Source: Anaerolineaceae bacterium (GTDB lineage Bacteria > Chloroflexota > Anaerolineae > Anaerolineales > Anaerolineaceae). From it: a stretch of DNA of 64,000 nucleotides. Of the stretch, positions 35,927 to 44,621 are shown piece after piece. Made by a program: the position numbers and the translations under genes. The DNA lies in assembly GCA_040371255.1 (NCBI GenBank), contig BAABOD010000001.1:60545-124544 (forward strand), given 5' to 3'. Under the pieces are notes generated by a model that saw only the letters and a list, made by a program, of their open reading frames with translations, was not told where the DNA came from and searched no databases. Every line of letters starts with the position of its first letter. Position 1 is the first letter of the stretch.

Positions 35927-36907
35927 ATGCAAACTAATTTACGTGGCCGGGATCTGATCGGCGATCTGGATTTCAGCAAGGAAGAGGTCGAAACTGTTTT
36001 GGATGTGGCTTGGGACCTCAAGCGCAAGCGTGCCCTCAATGAACCACACGCTTACCTGCGTGATAAGACCCTCGCTATGTTGTTTTTCTTCAGCAGCACT
36101 CGCACGCGCGGTTCCTTCGAAGCCGGCATGGCGCAGCTGGGTGGGCACGCTGCCTTCATCGAGAGCGAAACCACCCAGATCAAGCATGGCGATACCCCTA
36201 AAGAGATTGGCGAAATTTTTGGGCGTTACTTTGATGGCATTGCCATCCGCCATTGCGACTGGGGCGTGGGGAATGCCTATCTTAACGAAGTCGCTAAATA
36301 CTCTCGCGCGCCTGTTTTCAACATGCAGTGCGAAATTTATCACCCCTTCCAGTGCTTGGCTGACTTGATGACCATCATGGAAAAGAAGGGGCGCGACCTG
36401 CGCAAAAAGCGCATTGTGGTCTCTTGGGCGTATGCTTCATCCTACCTTAAGCCCATTTCCGTACCGCAGTCGCTTATCTTGCAGATGCCGCGCTTTGGCA
36501 TGGACGTGGTGCTCGCTTACCCTGAGGAATTCAGGCTGATGCCTGAGGTTGAACAACAAGCCCGCGACGAAGCCAAGAAAGCCGGCACCTCCTTCGAGAT
36601 CGTGCATGACATGGACGAAGGCATCACGGGTGCAGATATCGTCTATGCCAAGTCTTGGGGTCCATTGCTGACCACCTCTGACCCGGCTGAGGGTAAGCGC
36701 ATCCAGGATTCCTACAAAAGTTGGATTATGGATCAGCGCCGCATGCAGCTGGCCAAGGAAGATGCTATCTATATGCACCCCCTGCCCGCCGACCGCAATG
36801 TCGAGATTACCGATGAGGTCATCGACGGCCCGCACTCCGTAGTCTTTGACGAAGCCGAAAACCGCCTGCACGCCCAAAAAGCCGTCCTGGCGCTCAGCAT
36901 GGCATAA
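35927..36907 (+). CDS. carbamoyltransferase of the ATCase/OTCase family (YgeW-like or acyl-ornithine type)
   Basis: SSTRTRGSFE carbamoyl-phosphate motif, HPFQCLADL, YMHPLPADR (HxLP) motif. Confidence 0.7.
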   Translation: MQTNLRGRDLIGDLDFSKEEVETVLDVAWDLKRKRALNEPHAYLRDKTLAMLFFFSSTRTRGSFEAGMAQLGGHAAFIESETTQIKHGDTPKEIGEIFGRYFDGIAIRHCDWGVGNAYLNEVAKYSRAPVFNMQCEIYHPFQCLADLMTIMEKKGRDLRKKRIVVSWAYASSYLKPISVPQSLILQMPRFGMDVVLAYPEEFRLMPEVEQQARDEAKKAGTSFEIVHDMDEGITGADIVYAKSWGPLLTTSDPAEGKRIQDSYKSWIMDQRRMQLAKEDAIYMHPLPADRNVEITDEVIDGPHSVVFDEAENRLHAQKAVLALSMA

Positions 36908-36929
36908 ACGCTGAATTAACCACACAAGC

Positions 36930-36959
36930 AAAAGGATCCTAGTATAAGGATCCTTTTTG
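36930..36959 (+). terminator. rho-independent terminator
   Basis: AAAGGATCCT-agtata-AGGATCCTTT followed by TTG. Confidence 0.65.
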
Positions 36960-37002
36960 TTATATAAGACCGTTTCCAGCAGCTTCATGGCATAATCAAA
37001 AT

Positions 37003-37779
37003 ATGCTACGCATAATGAGTTTTAATATTCGCTGCGCCAATTGTGATGATGGCGTGAACGTTTGGGAACAGCGCAAAAACCTGGTTCTCGATCGCATCCT
37101 AGCGTATGCGCCTAATTTGCTGGGCTTGCAGGAGTGCCGTGGGGATGGGCAAGCTCAATACCTGATTAAAAACCTGCCTGAATATTTCTTTTTTGGCATG
37201 CCGCGCGGTGGTGAAAGCAAAACAGCGCTCGAAATGGCACCCCTAATGCTGCGCAAAGAGTGTTTTGAGCTGCTTGATTACGGCAATTTCTGGCTGAGCG
37301 AAGAGCCCGACGAACCCGGCAGCCTCAGCTGGGGTTGCCAGTTCCCGCGCACAGTCAGTTGGGCTCGTTTGCGCCGAAAAGCGACAAGGCAGGAACTACT
37401 TTTCGCGAATACGCACTTTGACCTGGTCCCAGCCGCAAGGCGGCACTCTGCTGAAATACTGCGCGACTGGCTACAAGCCAATTCAACCGGCAGTTTGGTC
37501 ATCCTTACGGGAGATTTCAACGCTAATAAGCGTTCACGCGTCTATCAGACCCTCACAGGCGCTAGCTGGCTCACGGATGCCTGGCGCCGAGCCAACTCCG
37601 GCGCCCGGGATCAGGCAACCTTCCATGGTTTTGGCAATCCGCGAGACAGGGCTTGCATCGATTGGGTGCTGGTATCGCCAAGCTTGCATGTGCTTTCCGC
37701 CTCGGTGGATACCTTTACACAGGCTGGCCGCTACCCATCGGACCACTACCCGCTGCGGGTGGAGATAGAGTTTATATAA
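37003..37779 (+). CDS. endonuclease/exonuclease/phosphatase (EEP) family protein
   Basis: LRIMSFNIR..., LLGLQE, NTHFD, GDFN, SDHYPL catalytic motifs. Confidence 0.85.
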   Translation: MLRIMSFNIRCANCDDGVNVWEQRKNLVLDRILAYAPNLLGLQECRGDGQAQYLIKNLPEYFFFGMPRGGESKTALEMAPLMLRKECFELLDYGNFWLSEEPDEPGSLSWGCQFPRTVSWARLRRKATRQELLFANTHFDLVPAARRHSAEILRDWLQANSTGSLVILTGDFNANKRSRVYQTLTGASWLTDAWRRANSGARDQATFHGFGNPRDRACIDWVLVSPSLHVLSASVDTFTQAGRYPSDHYPLRVEIEFI

Positions 37780-37822
37780 TTACCATAGTTTTATAACGAA
37801 AGTATATAATATAGAAATTAGT

Positions 37823-38866
37823 ATGAATGACAAATACAATCACCCGACGAAATATTTTGTGCATAAATTTATAAATTGGGAAAAAGTAGAAGAGCGACTA
37901 AGTAAGTATAAGTATATAAACAAGTATTTTCCAATAAGTACTCTCAAGAGCGAAAAATTTACCGAGAAACCTCCATTCTATTGTCATTACTTGGCCTGGA
38001 GATTAGGTGTTTGGCATAATGAAGATTCATTTGAAAATTTCAATTATCTTTTAGAAAACGCAGAAACTATAAATGGTTGGAATGGTAAGAAAAGAATCCA
38101 GAACGAAAATGAATTTGGACAGTTTTGGAGTTTCTTATGGGAACTTCAAGTTGCAGAATTTCTTACATCATTCCCAAATTTGCAAGTTAATTGGAATGTA
38201 AGGAATGGCCCAGATTTATATATTCAGAAGAATAGTGAGGAGTTGTTTGTTGAATGTAAAACGATTCACAAATCTTTCGGATTAGAAAAATTTATAGAAG
38301 AAGTACTTAATCAAATTGATAAAACTATTCGCGTCTCACATGGTATCTTTACGAAGTTTTCATTAAGTCAAGATAATGAGAGAATCAATTTATTTGATTC
38401 TATTTTTAGGCCTTTTTTGGATCCAGCATTTATTGAGAATAAAAAGATTGAAGTACAAAAAGTATCACCATTAATAATTGTAGAAAATATATATCCAAAT
38501 TTTTTTATTTATTTGGAAAATAGCGATGCAAAACCAGCAAGTTATGAACTTTTATCAAAAATATATTCTGCTTCTGATCCTATAAAATATACTGATGTGA
38601 TATATAATGAAATAATAAATAAGGTAAAAGAAAACAATTTAGAAAGTTACCATCCAAATTTGCTTTTTGTAAATTTGGTGCTTAGTAAGGATTGGCAATT
38701 AGCATGCGGATGGAACAATCAGCATAACCTTCCTCAATCTCAAAATCTTGATAATGTTTTATTAACTGCGTGCGACATCGATAAACCAGCAAACTATAAT
38801 GGTTTCAAAGGAACTATAAATCGTGAGAGTAAAATTATTCAACAATTGCTTAACATAAAGCCATAA
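37823..38866 (+). CDS. very AT-rich orphan with a PD-(D/E)xK nuclease-like motif
   Basis: 347 aa. WELQVAEFL ... NGPDLYIQKNSEELFVECKTIH fits E...PD...ExK. Roughly 30% GC versus a host level near 55-60% (by eye). Confidence 0.35.
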   Translation: MNDKYNHPTKYFVHKFINWEKVEERLSKYKYINKYFPISTLKSEKFTEKPPFYCHYLAWRLGVWHNEDSFENFNYLLENAETINGWNGKKRIQNENEFGQFWSFLWELQVAEFLTSFPNLQVNWNVRNGPDLYIQKNSEELFVECKTIHKSFGLEKFIEEVLNQIDKTIRVSHGIFTKFSLSQDNERINLFDSIFRPFLDPAFIENKKIEVQKVSPLIIVENIYPNFFIYLENSDAKPASYELLSKIYSASDPIKYTDVIYNEIINKVKENNLESYHPNLLFVNLVLSKDWQLACGWNNQHNLPQSQNLDNVLLTACDIDKPANYNGFKGTINRESKIIQQLLNIKP

Positions 38867-38869
38867 TGT

Positions 38870-39853
38870 TCAATTAATTATCCTCGCCCCGGCGCCCGGC
38901 TTCGCCTTGAGCACCTCCAGCACTCCCGGCAGAGCGCGCAGCTGCGCTTCTGCCCAGGCTGCATCCTCTGCCAGTGCGATCACATGCACATTCGGGCCGG
39001 CATCGACCGTCGCGCAAACCGCGTGGCCCTGCGCCCGCCAGGCGCGCACATTCCAGATAACAACTTCTGTAGCGGGTGTCCAATAGTAAAGCGGTGGCTT
39101 GCTCGTGCGCATCACGGCGTGCATCCACTCGGAATCCAGCTCCACGACTTGCGCTAAGCGCACAAAATCCCGCGTAAGGATGGCTATGCGGCACTGCTCC
39201 AGCCGCTCAGGCTCCCCCGCTACGCGCAGCGCTTGCAACGGTGAGGTTGCTGCCAGCTTATGCCCAGCGCTTGAGCCGACGGCTTTCTCGCCGCGGTCCA
39301 CTACCACGATCAAGTCCACTACGTCCCAGTGCTCTGGCGGGGCAATCTGAACAGCGTAGGAATCCGCATCTCCGCTGCCCGGTAGCCACTCGGCGAACCC
39401 GCCTGGCACCGAGCGGCAGGCTGAACCCGAGCCCAACCGGGCTAAGCGTGAAAGCTCCACTTCGCTCAGCTCTAAGCCGGCAGCCCTGCTTGCAGCCAAT
39501 GCCAAGGCAGCAAACGCCGCTGCAGATGAGGCAATGCCAGCTCCAGAAGGATAATTACTGGTGCTTTCCACCTGCGCAAAGCGGTTCAGAACCGCCAACC
39601 GCCGCACATGATCCAAAAAGGACGCCACACGATTGAGCGCTGCGCCAGACTGTTCCATCCCGTTCAGAATGAAACGGTCTGCTGTTAAATCTGGATCGAA
39701 GCTGACACGTGTAACTGTATCCAATCCATCCAGCGCCATAGAGAGCGAACCTGTCAGTGGCAGACGAAGCTGGTCATTGCGGTTGCCCCAGTACTTGATG
39801 AAGGCAATATTCGGGTGCGCCAGTGCGGTTGCTTGAAGTTTTGCGGTTATCAT
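38870..39853 (-). CDS. mvaD: (di)phosphomevalonate decarboxylase (GHMP kinase fold)
   Basis: AHPNIAFIKYWGNR N-terminus, GLASSAAAFAAL-type motif (AGIASSAAAFAALALA). Confidence 0.85.
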   Translation of the reverse strand: MITAKLQATALAHPNIAFIKYWGNRNDQLRLPLTGSLSMALDGLDTVTRVSFDPDLTADRFILNGMEQSGAALNRVASFLDHVRRLAVLNRFAQVESTSNYPSGAGIASSAAAFAALALAASRAAGLELSEVELSRLARLGSGSACRSVPGGFAEWLPGSGDADSYAVQIAPPEHWDVVDLIVVVDRGEKAVGSSAGHKLAATSPLQALRVAGEPERLEQCRIAILTRDFVRLAQVVELDSEWMHAVMRTSKPPLYYWTPATEVVIWNVRAWRAQGHAVCATVDAGPNVHVIALAEDAAWAEAQLRALPGVLEVLKAKPGAGARIIN

Positions 39854-40328
39854 TTTTTCTCAGAAATAAAGTTTACCATTTTGTTGGATATTGTTAGGTG
39901 CCAAGAAAACCGTTTGAGATCAAATTCAATCAAGATTGGGAGGAGGTATTTTTAATCCATTAATGATTAAACTATCATACTACGGAGACTTAAAACCTGT
40001 TGTCAATAAAAACAGGAGAAGGAGCATGCATTGATGGATAGTCGTTATTCTAAAAACCTACGCGCTTATTTTCTCGAAATTCATTAGTAATATCAAAGTT
40101 GCTGCAAATCCTTTGATAATCCTCGCACAATAATTCATGATTGTTTTATTCATTGAATGTAGTTATAATTATATGAGAAAAAGTATTATGATAGTCAGAA
40201 TATGTGGTTACGAAGCTCAAAATAGAAACTGGCAAAATATTTTTTGTGGCTTAGTGGAGCGGATCAGCTTACCTAGTGCATAATTCAATCTATAAAGCCT
40301 TATTTTCAACCATCAAAAGGAGATTACG

Positions 40329-40604
40329 ATGCATTTCACTTGGAACACCATTACTTTCATCAATTTCGTCTTTAGTATTGTTATCTTCATTTTTGGCTTT
40401 GTCAGTTGGCAGCGAATAAAGAGCAAAGTGGTCCTTTATGTAGCGATTGCCTTTGGGCTTTTCAGTCTCTCTCATTTAGCCTCATTATTTAACCTGACCG
40501 ATACACTCAACCTTCTGCTCATCATCATCCGCATCGTAGCTTATTTATTGGTTATTAATGGTTTCTTCTTGGCTGCACATAAGGAAAACAACACTTTACG
40601 TTAA
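40329..40604 (+). CDS. small three-TM membrane protein
   Basis: 91 aa. Strong RBS AAAGGAGATTACG-ATG. Hydrophobic segments. Lies in an AT-rich, otherwise non-coding 1.1-kb region. Confidence 0.5.
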   Translation: MHFTWNTITFINFVFSIVIFIFGFVSWQRIKSKVVLYVAIAFGLFSLSHLASLFNLTDTLNLLLIIIRIVAYLLVINGFFLAAHKENNTLR

Positions 40605-40948
40605 TAGACCTTAGCTTGCTCATCAAGCTCACATATAAAAGCGAATCTGCAAAAGATTAACCTAGCAGGCCCAGGTTTAAAATGCGATTGAAACTAGCAC
40701 CTTGGGAAGTCTGATCCATGTAATTATCAAATGAACCCTTAAGTAGTCGTAGTGGATTTCTAGATCACGCGGTCGAGTAAAGTTCTACCAAAGAAGGAAT
40801 GATGACCAGGGAGACACTCGTTTGCATTTGTCTCCTTTCAATAATTAATGGTTCAAACGCGAAGCTTTTTGTTTTAGCTACTGAGTCAAAAACAAACGAT
40901 TAAGATATTCAACAGTTCCATCAGCAACAATCTGGATGAACGCGTAAT

Positions 40949-41443
40949 TTACTCCATAAACCTCGCCAGTCCGTTTGCGAGCAAGCCAGCCACAGGCGGG
41001 ACCACGAAGGTAATTGCGTAACGCAGCACAGCTACCTTGGTGTCGATAAGCGCGATTTCCATCGGGAAGCGCGAGACTGACCACAGCGACCAAGCCGAAA
41101 TGAACCCCACGACTGCACCAACCCCAGCGCCGGCTTTATACAGCCCGCCAACAATTGGGAACATCACATAAGGCGAGCCAGGGATCAGGCCGCCAGCTAA
41201 GCACCCAATCAAGACGCCCTTGACCCCAGCTTCCTTCCCTAACCAGGATTGAATAAGTTCTGGCGGCAGCAACACTTGCACCAGCCCTCCAATCAGAAAG
41301 CCGGCAAGCAAGAGCGGTAGTGCGTTCCATAAGGTTTTACCAGCTAATTCGACCCCCTCCTTGGCTAGCCCGCCTCCGCGGATAAGCGCATAAATGAGCA
41401 ATGCAACCGCAAGCCCGACCATCACCATCGTCACAGTGTCCAT
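40949..41443 (-). CDS. predicted permease (half-size COG0701/ArsP-like)
   Basis: Start at MDTVTMVM (RBS AAGGAG). GLIPGSPYVMFPIVGGLYKAGAG motif. Five hydrophobic segments. Confidence 0.55.
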   Translation of the reverse strand: MDTVTMVMVGLAVALLIYALIRGGGLAKEGVELAGKTLWNALPLLLAGFLIGGLVQVLLPPELIQSWLGKEAGVKGVLIGCLAGGLIPGSPYVMFPIVGGLYKAGAGVGAVVGFISAWSLWSVSRFPMEIALIDTKVAVLRYAITFVVPPVAGLLANGLARFME

Positions 41444-41626
41444 TGTTGATCTCCTTTTTTCCCGCATCACTCCTCAATCTCCTTTCGGTCGATGTGTTTT
41501 CGTAGTTATAAATAATTATATTTGCAATAGTATAAGCCTGATGAAAATGATATTTATTAAATAATATTATCATCTTTTTATGAATTAAGAAATGTTTGGA
41601 AGGAATCTATCTTTTTATATTCTCAC

Positions 41627-41665
41627 ACTTCGTAAACTTTCCCAAAAAGCCCGAGCAGACCGCGC
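41627..41665 (-). repeat. displaced remnant of the 3' end of the SAM-methyltransferase gene (direct repeat of 43834..43872)
   Basis: 33 of 39 positions identical. The minus strand reads *RGLLGLFGKVYEV* versus ..RGPLGLFGQVYEVGEFVKLS* in the intact gene. Confidence 0.8.
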
Positions 41666-43833
41666 TAAGAGACAAGCATGCGTGACAATATACCGTTGCC
41701 TTCCTACGAGAGAAACCTGTAATTTTCTTTTGAATTTATAGAACACTACACCGTTGCTGGTGCGATAAACTTGAGAGCACCTTCTATAAGGGTTCTATGG
41801 CAATGGACCAATTACGTCGAAAGTGTTCAGAATTTCATCCAGCGCGTCAAGATCGGCATCGGACATGATTTGTACCAATACGAGCACCAGCAGCGATGTG
41901 GAACTGTGGGGTTTGGCTGAAAGGATGACAAGCACACCTTCGGAATCAAGACAATTTGAAAATACGTCGAACGCGCCCTCAAAGGCTGAGTCCTCATAAT
42001 CTTCACGATACTCGAACGTGCAGTCATCTTCACGAGCCCAATCACGGTACACATCCAGCAACTGGATGTACCCGCCTAACTCGGCAATGTCATCGGTAGC
42101 GCCAAAGAAGACGCCTGGTTCAGAATAGGAGGCGTTAAAATTATCAAGACTGGCAGCTGCTGTGATGGACGCGCCAATGATATCGCCACTATCCACCCAG
42201 GCTGACCCGTCTATCTCTGACCAGGCAGCTGGCACCGACACCTGAATGGCGCCATAATCGTCCTGCACAAGGACGTACTCATCGTAGTTCGTAATTGTTT
42301 CACCTTCTTCACCCTCAACCTCGCCCCCTAACTCAGTGGCGAAGGAAAAGCTGGTCTCCAGTTCACGTCCATTGAGCTGGCCTTCAAGATATTCCTCGCT
42401 GGCATAGCGTAGAACTTCAACTGCTATCGTATCATCGGGGTTACGAGTACGCAAGATATCGCAGTAATCAGCCATGGTGCCGTCGGTAGCCAAAAGCAAT
42501 CCCTCCATGGAAGTCAGAATATCTCCACCCTGGATACCGGTTTTATCAGCGGGCGAACCGGATTTTACCGATGAAACCCAGATGCCTGAGAGAGAACCAT
42601 CTTCGGTAACAACTGCCTGCCCGTTGATACCAATCGATTCGACATCTTCGCCTCCGCGCAGACTCTCGATAACTGGTTGAGCTCGGGAGCCAAGAATAGC
42701 AAAATTTTGGTCAGTCGATTCAATCATGGCAAAGTTGATACCGACCACTTTTCCATCATTGGTCACCAGTGGTCCGCCTGAGTTGCCACCGCGAATGCGA
42801 GCATCATGCTCGATGACAGCATCTACCGAAGCCCACGAAGTCTCTCCGTTTGCATTAGCCTTGGAGATGATCCCTCTGGTCAGGGTATATTCCGGATCGC
42901 CAAGCGGGAAGCCGGCGGTATACACATCCATGCCTGGCTTAATTTCACCGCTATACCAATCGAGATAAGAATAACCCTCTCCTTCCACATCGATTACTGC
43001 TAGGTCCCAGCATTCAGAAACACCAAGGATGCGGGCATTACGGGGTTTCTCCTCTCCAGCTACCCAAATCTGGAGCAGGGCTGCGCCGGTGACGACATGG
43101 TTATTGGTGACGGCAATACCGGATGGGTCGATAAAGAAGCCTGATCCTCTCCCTGCGGAATTATATAGCGTCCCTAACTGCGGGTCGATAAATGTACCCT
43201 CAGCCACAATCTGAATGGTAGCTTGCTGGACGCCTTCAAGGGTATCCACCAACCCCAGTGGTTTGGTGGGCTCGGGGGAGGGTGTATTGCTAGGCTCTAG
43301 GGAAGGTGTACTGCTGGGTTCCGAGGGAAGCGTTGAAGTTTCTACCGTAGCGCTTGGCGTGCAAGCAGTGGTGATCAGCGCTAAAATAAGGAGGACCGAA
43401 GGTATAAGAAAGCGTTTCATGGTTAATCTCCTCTACTTTACTTGTATAAACTAAAAACAGCCTGTGTCAACTAAATCATTTAATGCATTATAATTTTGTA
43501 AATATTTGTTTAACAAATATTCTACACATTGCTGACTAAAAAAGTTCAGCGTATCTTGAGTTGATTATCAAATTAATTATACACTAAATTATACACTTAA
43601 TTTGACTCATTTAATCATCTTTCAGCGGTAGGGTGCGCCGACGAGAAACTCGAAAATTAACCAGGGATGGAAGTGGGGAATTCCCCCATTGCTTGATGAG
43701 TATTCTTCTGCGCGTAAATTTTGGGATTACCAAAGAACAATGGAAAATTTTTGCCCAAATATACTGAATGAGTTGAGTAATTATCCTCTAAAGAATTTCT
43801 TGCCCGACTTAACTCAATTTCACAAATTCCCCT
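41666..43833 (-). mobile_element. insertion cassette carrying the secreted serine protease, bounded by 39-bp direct repeats
   Basis: AT-rich flanks (41450-41790, 43420-43810). Bounded by a duplicated host-gene 3' end. No recombinase gene. Confidence 0.35.
41795..43420 (-). CDS. secreted trypsin-like (S1C/HtrA-like) serine protease lipoprotein with PDZ domain and an unassigned C-terminal domain
   Basis: Signal/lipobox LILALITTAC. GSGFFIDPSGIAVTNNHVV (His). GNSGGPLV (Ser). PDZ-like SGSPADKTGIQGGDILTSMEG. Confidence 0.85.
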   Translation of the reverse strand: MKRFLIPSVLLILALITTACTPSATVETSTLPSEPSSTPSLEPSNTPSPEPTKPLGLVDTLEGVQQATIQIVAEGTFIDPQLGTLYNSAGRGSGFFIDPSGIAVTNNHVVTGAALLQIWVAGEEKPRNARILGVSECWDLAVIDVEGEGYSYLDWYSGEIKPGMDVYTAGFPLGDPEYTLTRGIISKANANGETSWASVDAVIEHDARIRGGNSGGPLVTNDGKVVGINFAMIESTDQNFAILGSRAQPVIESLRGGEDVESIGINGQAVVTEDGSLSGIWVSSVKSGSPADKTGIQGGDILTSMEGLLLATDGTMADYCDILRTRNPDDTIAVEVLRYASEEYLEGQLNGRELETSFSFATELGGEVEGEEGETITNYDEYVLVQDDYGAIQVSVPAAWSEIDGSAWVDSGDIIGASITAAASLDNFNASYSEPGVFFGATDDIAELGGYIQLLDVYRDWAREDDCTFEYREDYEDSAFEGAFDVFSNCLDSEGVLVILSAKPHSSTSLLVLVLVQIMSDADLDALDEILNTFDVIGPLP

Positions 43834-44471
43834 ACTTCGTAAACCTGCCCAAAAAGCCCAAGCGGGCCCCGCATGGGGGTGATGTTCCCCGGGCCGAAAA
43901 CCTCTTGCGCTGCCACTCGCACGTCTGTCTCTGTGGAGAAGTGATGTTCGCGGATATCGGCGCCCAGCAAGCGGAACATGAACACCATGAAAGGCCGTTC
44001 TACCGGCACGCCGTAAACCACCTGCCCGCCAGGCTTGAGCACCCGCCAAATCTCCCGGAAAGCCGGGAGCTGCTCCTCTGGCTGTAAGTGCTCCAGGATG
44101 CTGATGAGCAGCACGGCATCGAAGCTCTGGTCAGGATAAGGGATTTGCAGGACGCTGCCATTGCGCAGTTTGGTCTGAACGCCGAGGTTAGCAAACATCT
44201 CTTCTACCTGGCGGGTGTCTGCGGTTAGGTCTAAGCCGTGAATTTCCTGATAAAGTTGGCTGAGGTTGAGGAAACTGACGCCCGAGCCGAAGCCGACTTC
44301 GAGCACGGATTGCCCGCCCATGAGCTGTTCCAAGCAAAGCTCGATGCGCCGCTGGTACATGCGCCCGATGACGGGTAAGCGGTAAAACTTGATCGGGTCT
44401 TTTTCATCCACGCCAACATAACGCTCGAGTGGCAGGAGTTGCAAGCGAATTTGCTCTTTGGGTGGTTTCAT
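43809..44471 (-). CDS. class I SAM-dependent methyltransferase
   Basis: Motif I VLEVGFGSG, post-I HGLDL, motif II FDAVLLISILEH. The last 7 codons (GEFVKLS) are AT-rich. Confidence 0.8.
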   Translation of the reverse strand: MKPPKEQIRLQLLPLERYVGVDEKDPIKFYRLPVIGRMYQRRIELCLEQLMGGQSVLEVGFGSGVSFLNLSQLYQEIHGLDLTADTRQVEEMFANLGVQTKLRNGSVLQIPYPDQSFDAVLLISILEHLQPEEQLPAFREIWRVLKPGGQVVYGVPVERPFMVFMFRLLGADIREHHFSTETDVRVAAQEVFGPGNITPMRGPLGLFGQVYEVGEFVKLS

Positions 44472-44621
44472 GTTGGGCTGGCTTCCAATAAACTAAATAA
44501 TTTTTCAGGTTTCCATTTTACCTTATCCACTTAGAAGACGCACAAAGCAGGCGCTCTGGAAAATATTCCGCTATAATACCATGCGTTGCGTGAGCGACAG
44601 TTTGAAGCGACAGAGGAATTT

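Noticed and set aside
43657-44087. ORFs 43657-44049 (-) and 43689-44087 (+) as alternative genes at the SAM-methyltransferase 3' end
   Set aside because: They overlap the well-supported methyltransferase frame, which has the VLEVGFGSG motif. Their translations are Arg/Gly/Ala-biased, with no recognisable motif.
44472-44621. glmS ribozyme upstream of glmS
   Set aside because: The intergenic region is only about 150 nt, it must also contain the divergent promoter, and I see none of the conserved ribozyme core segments.
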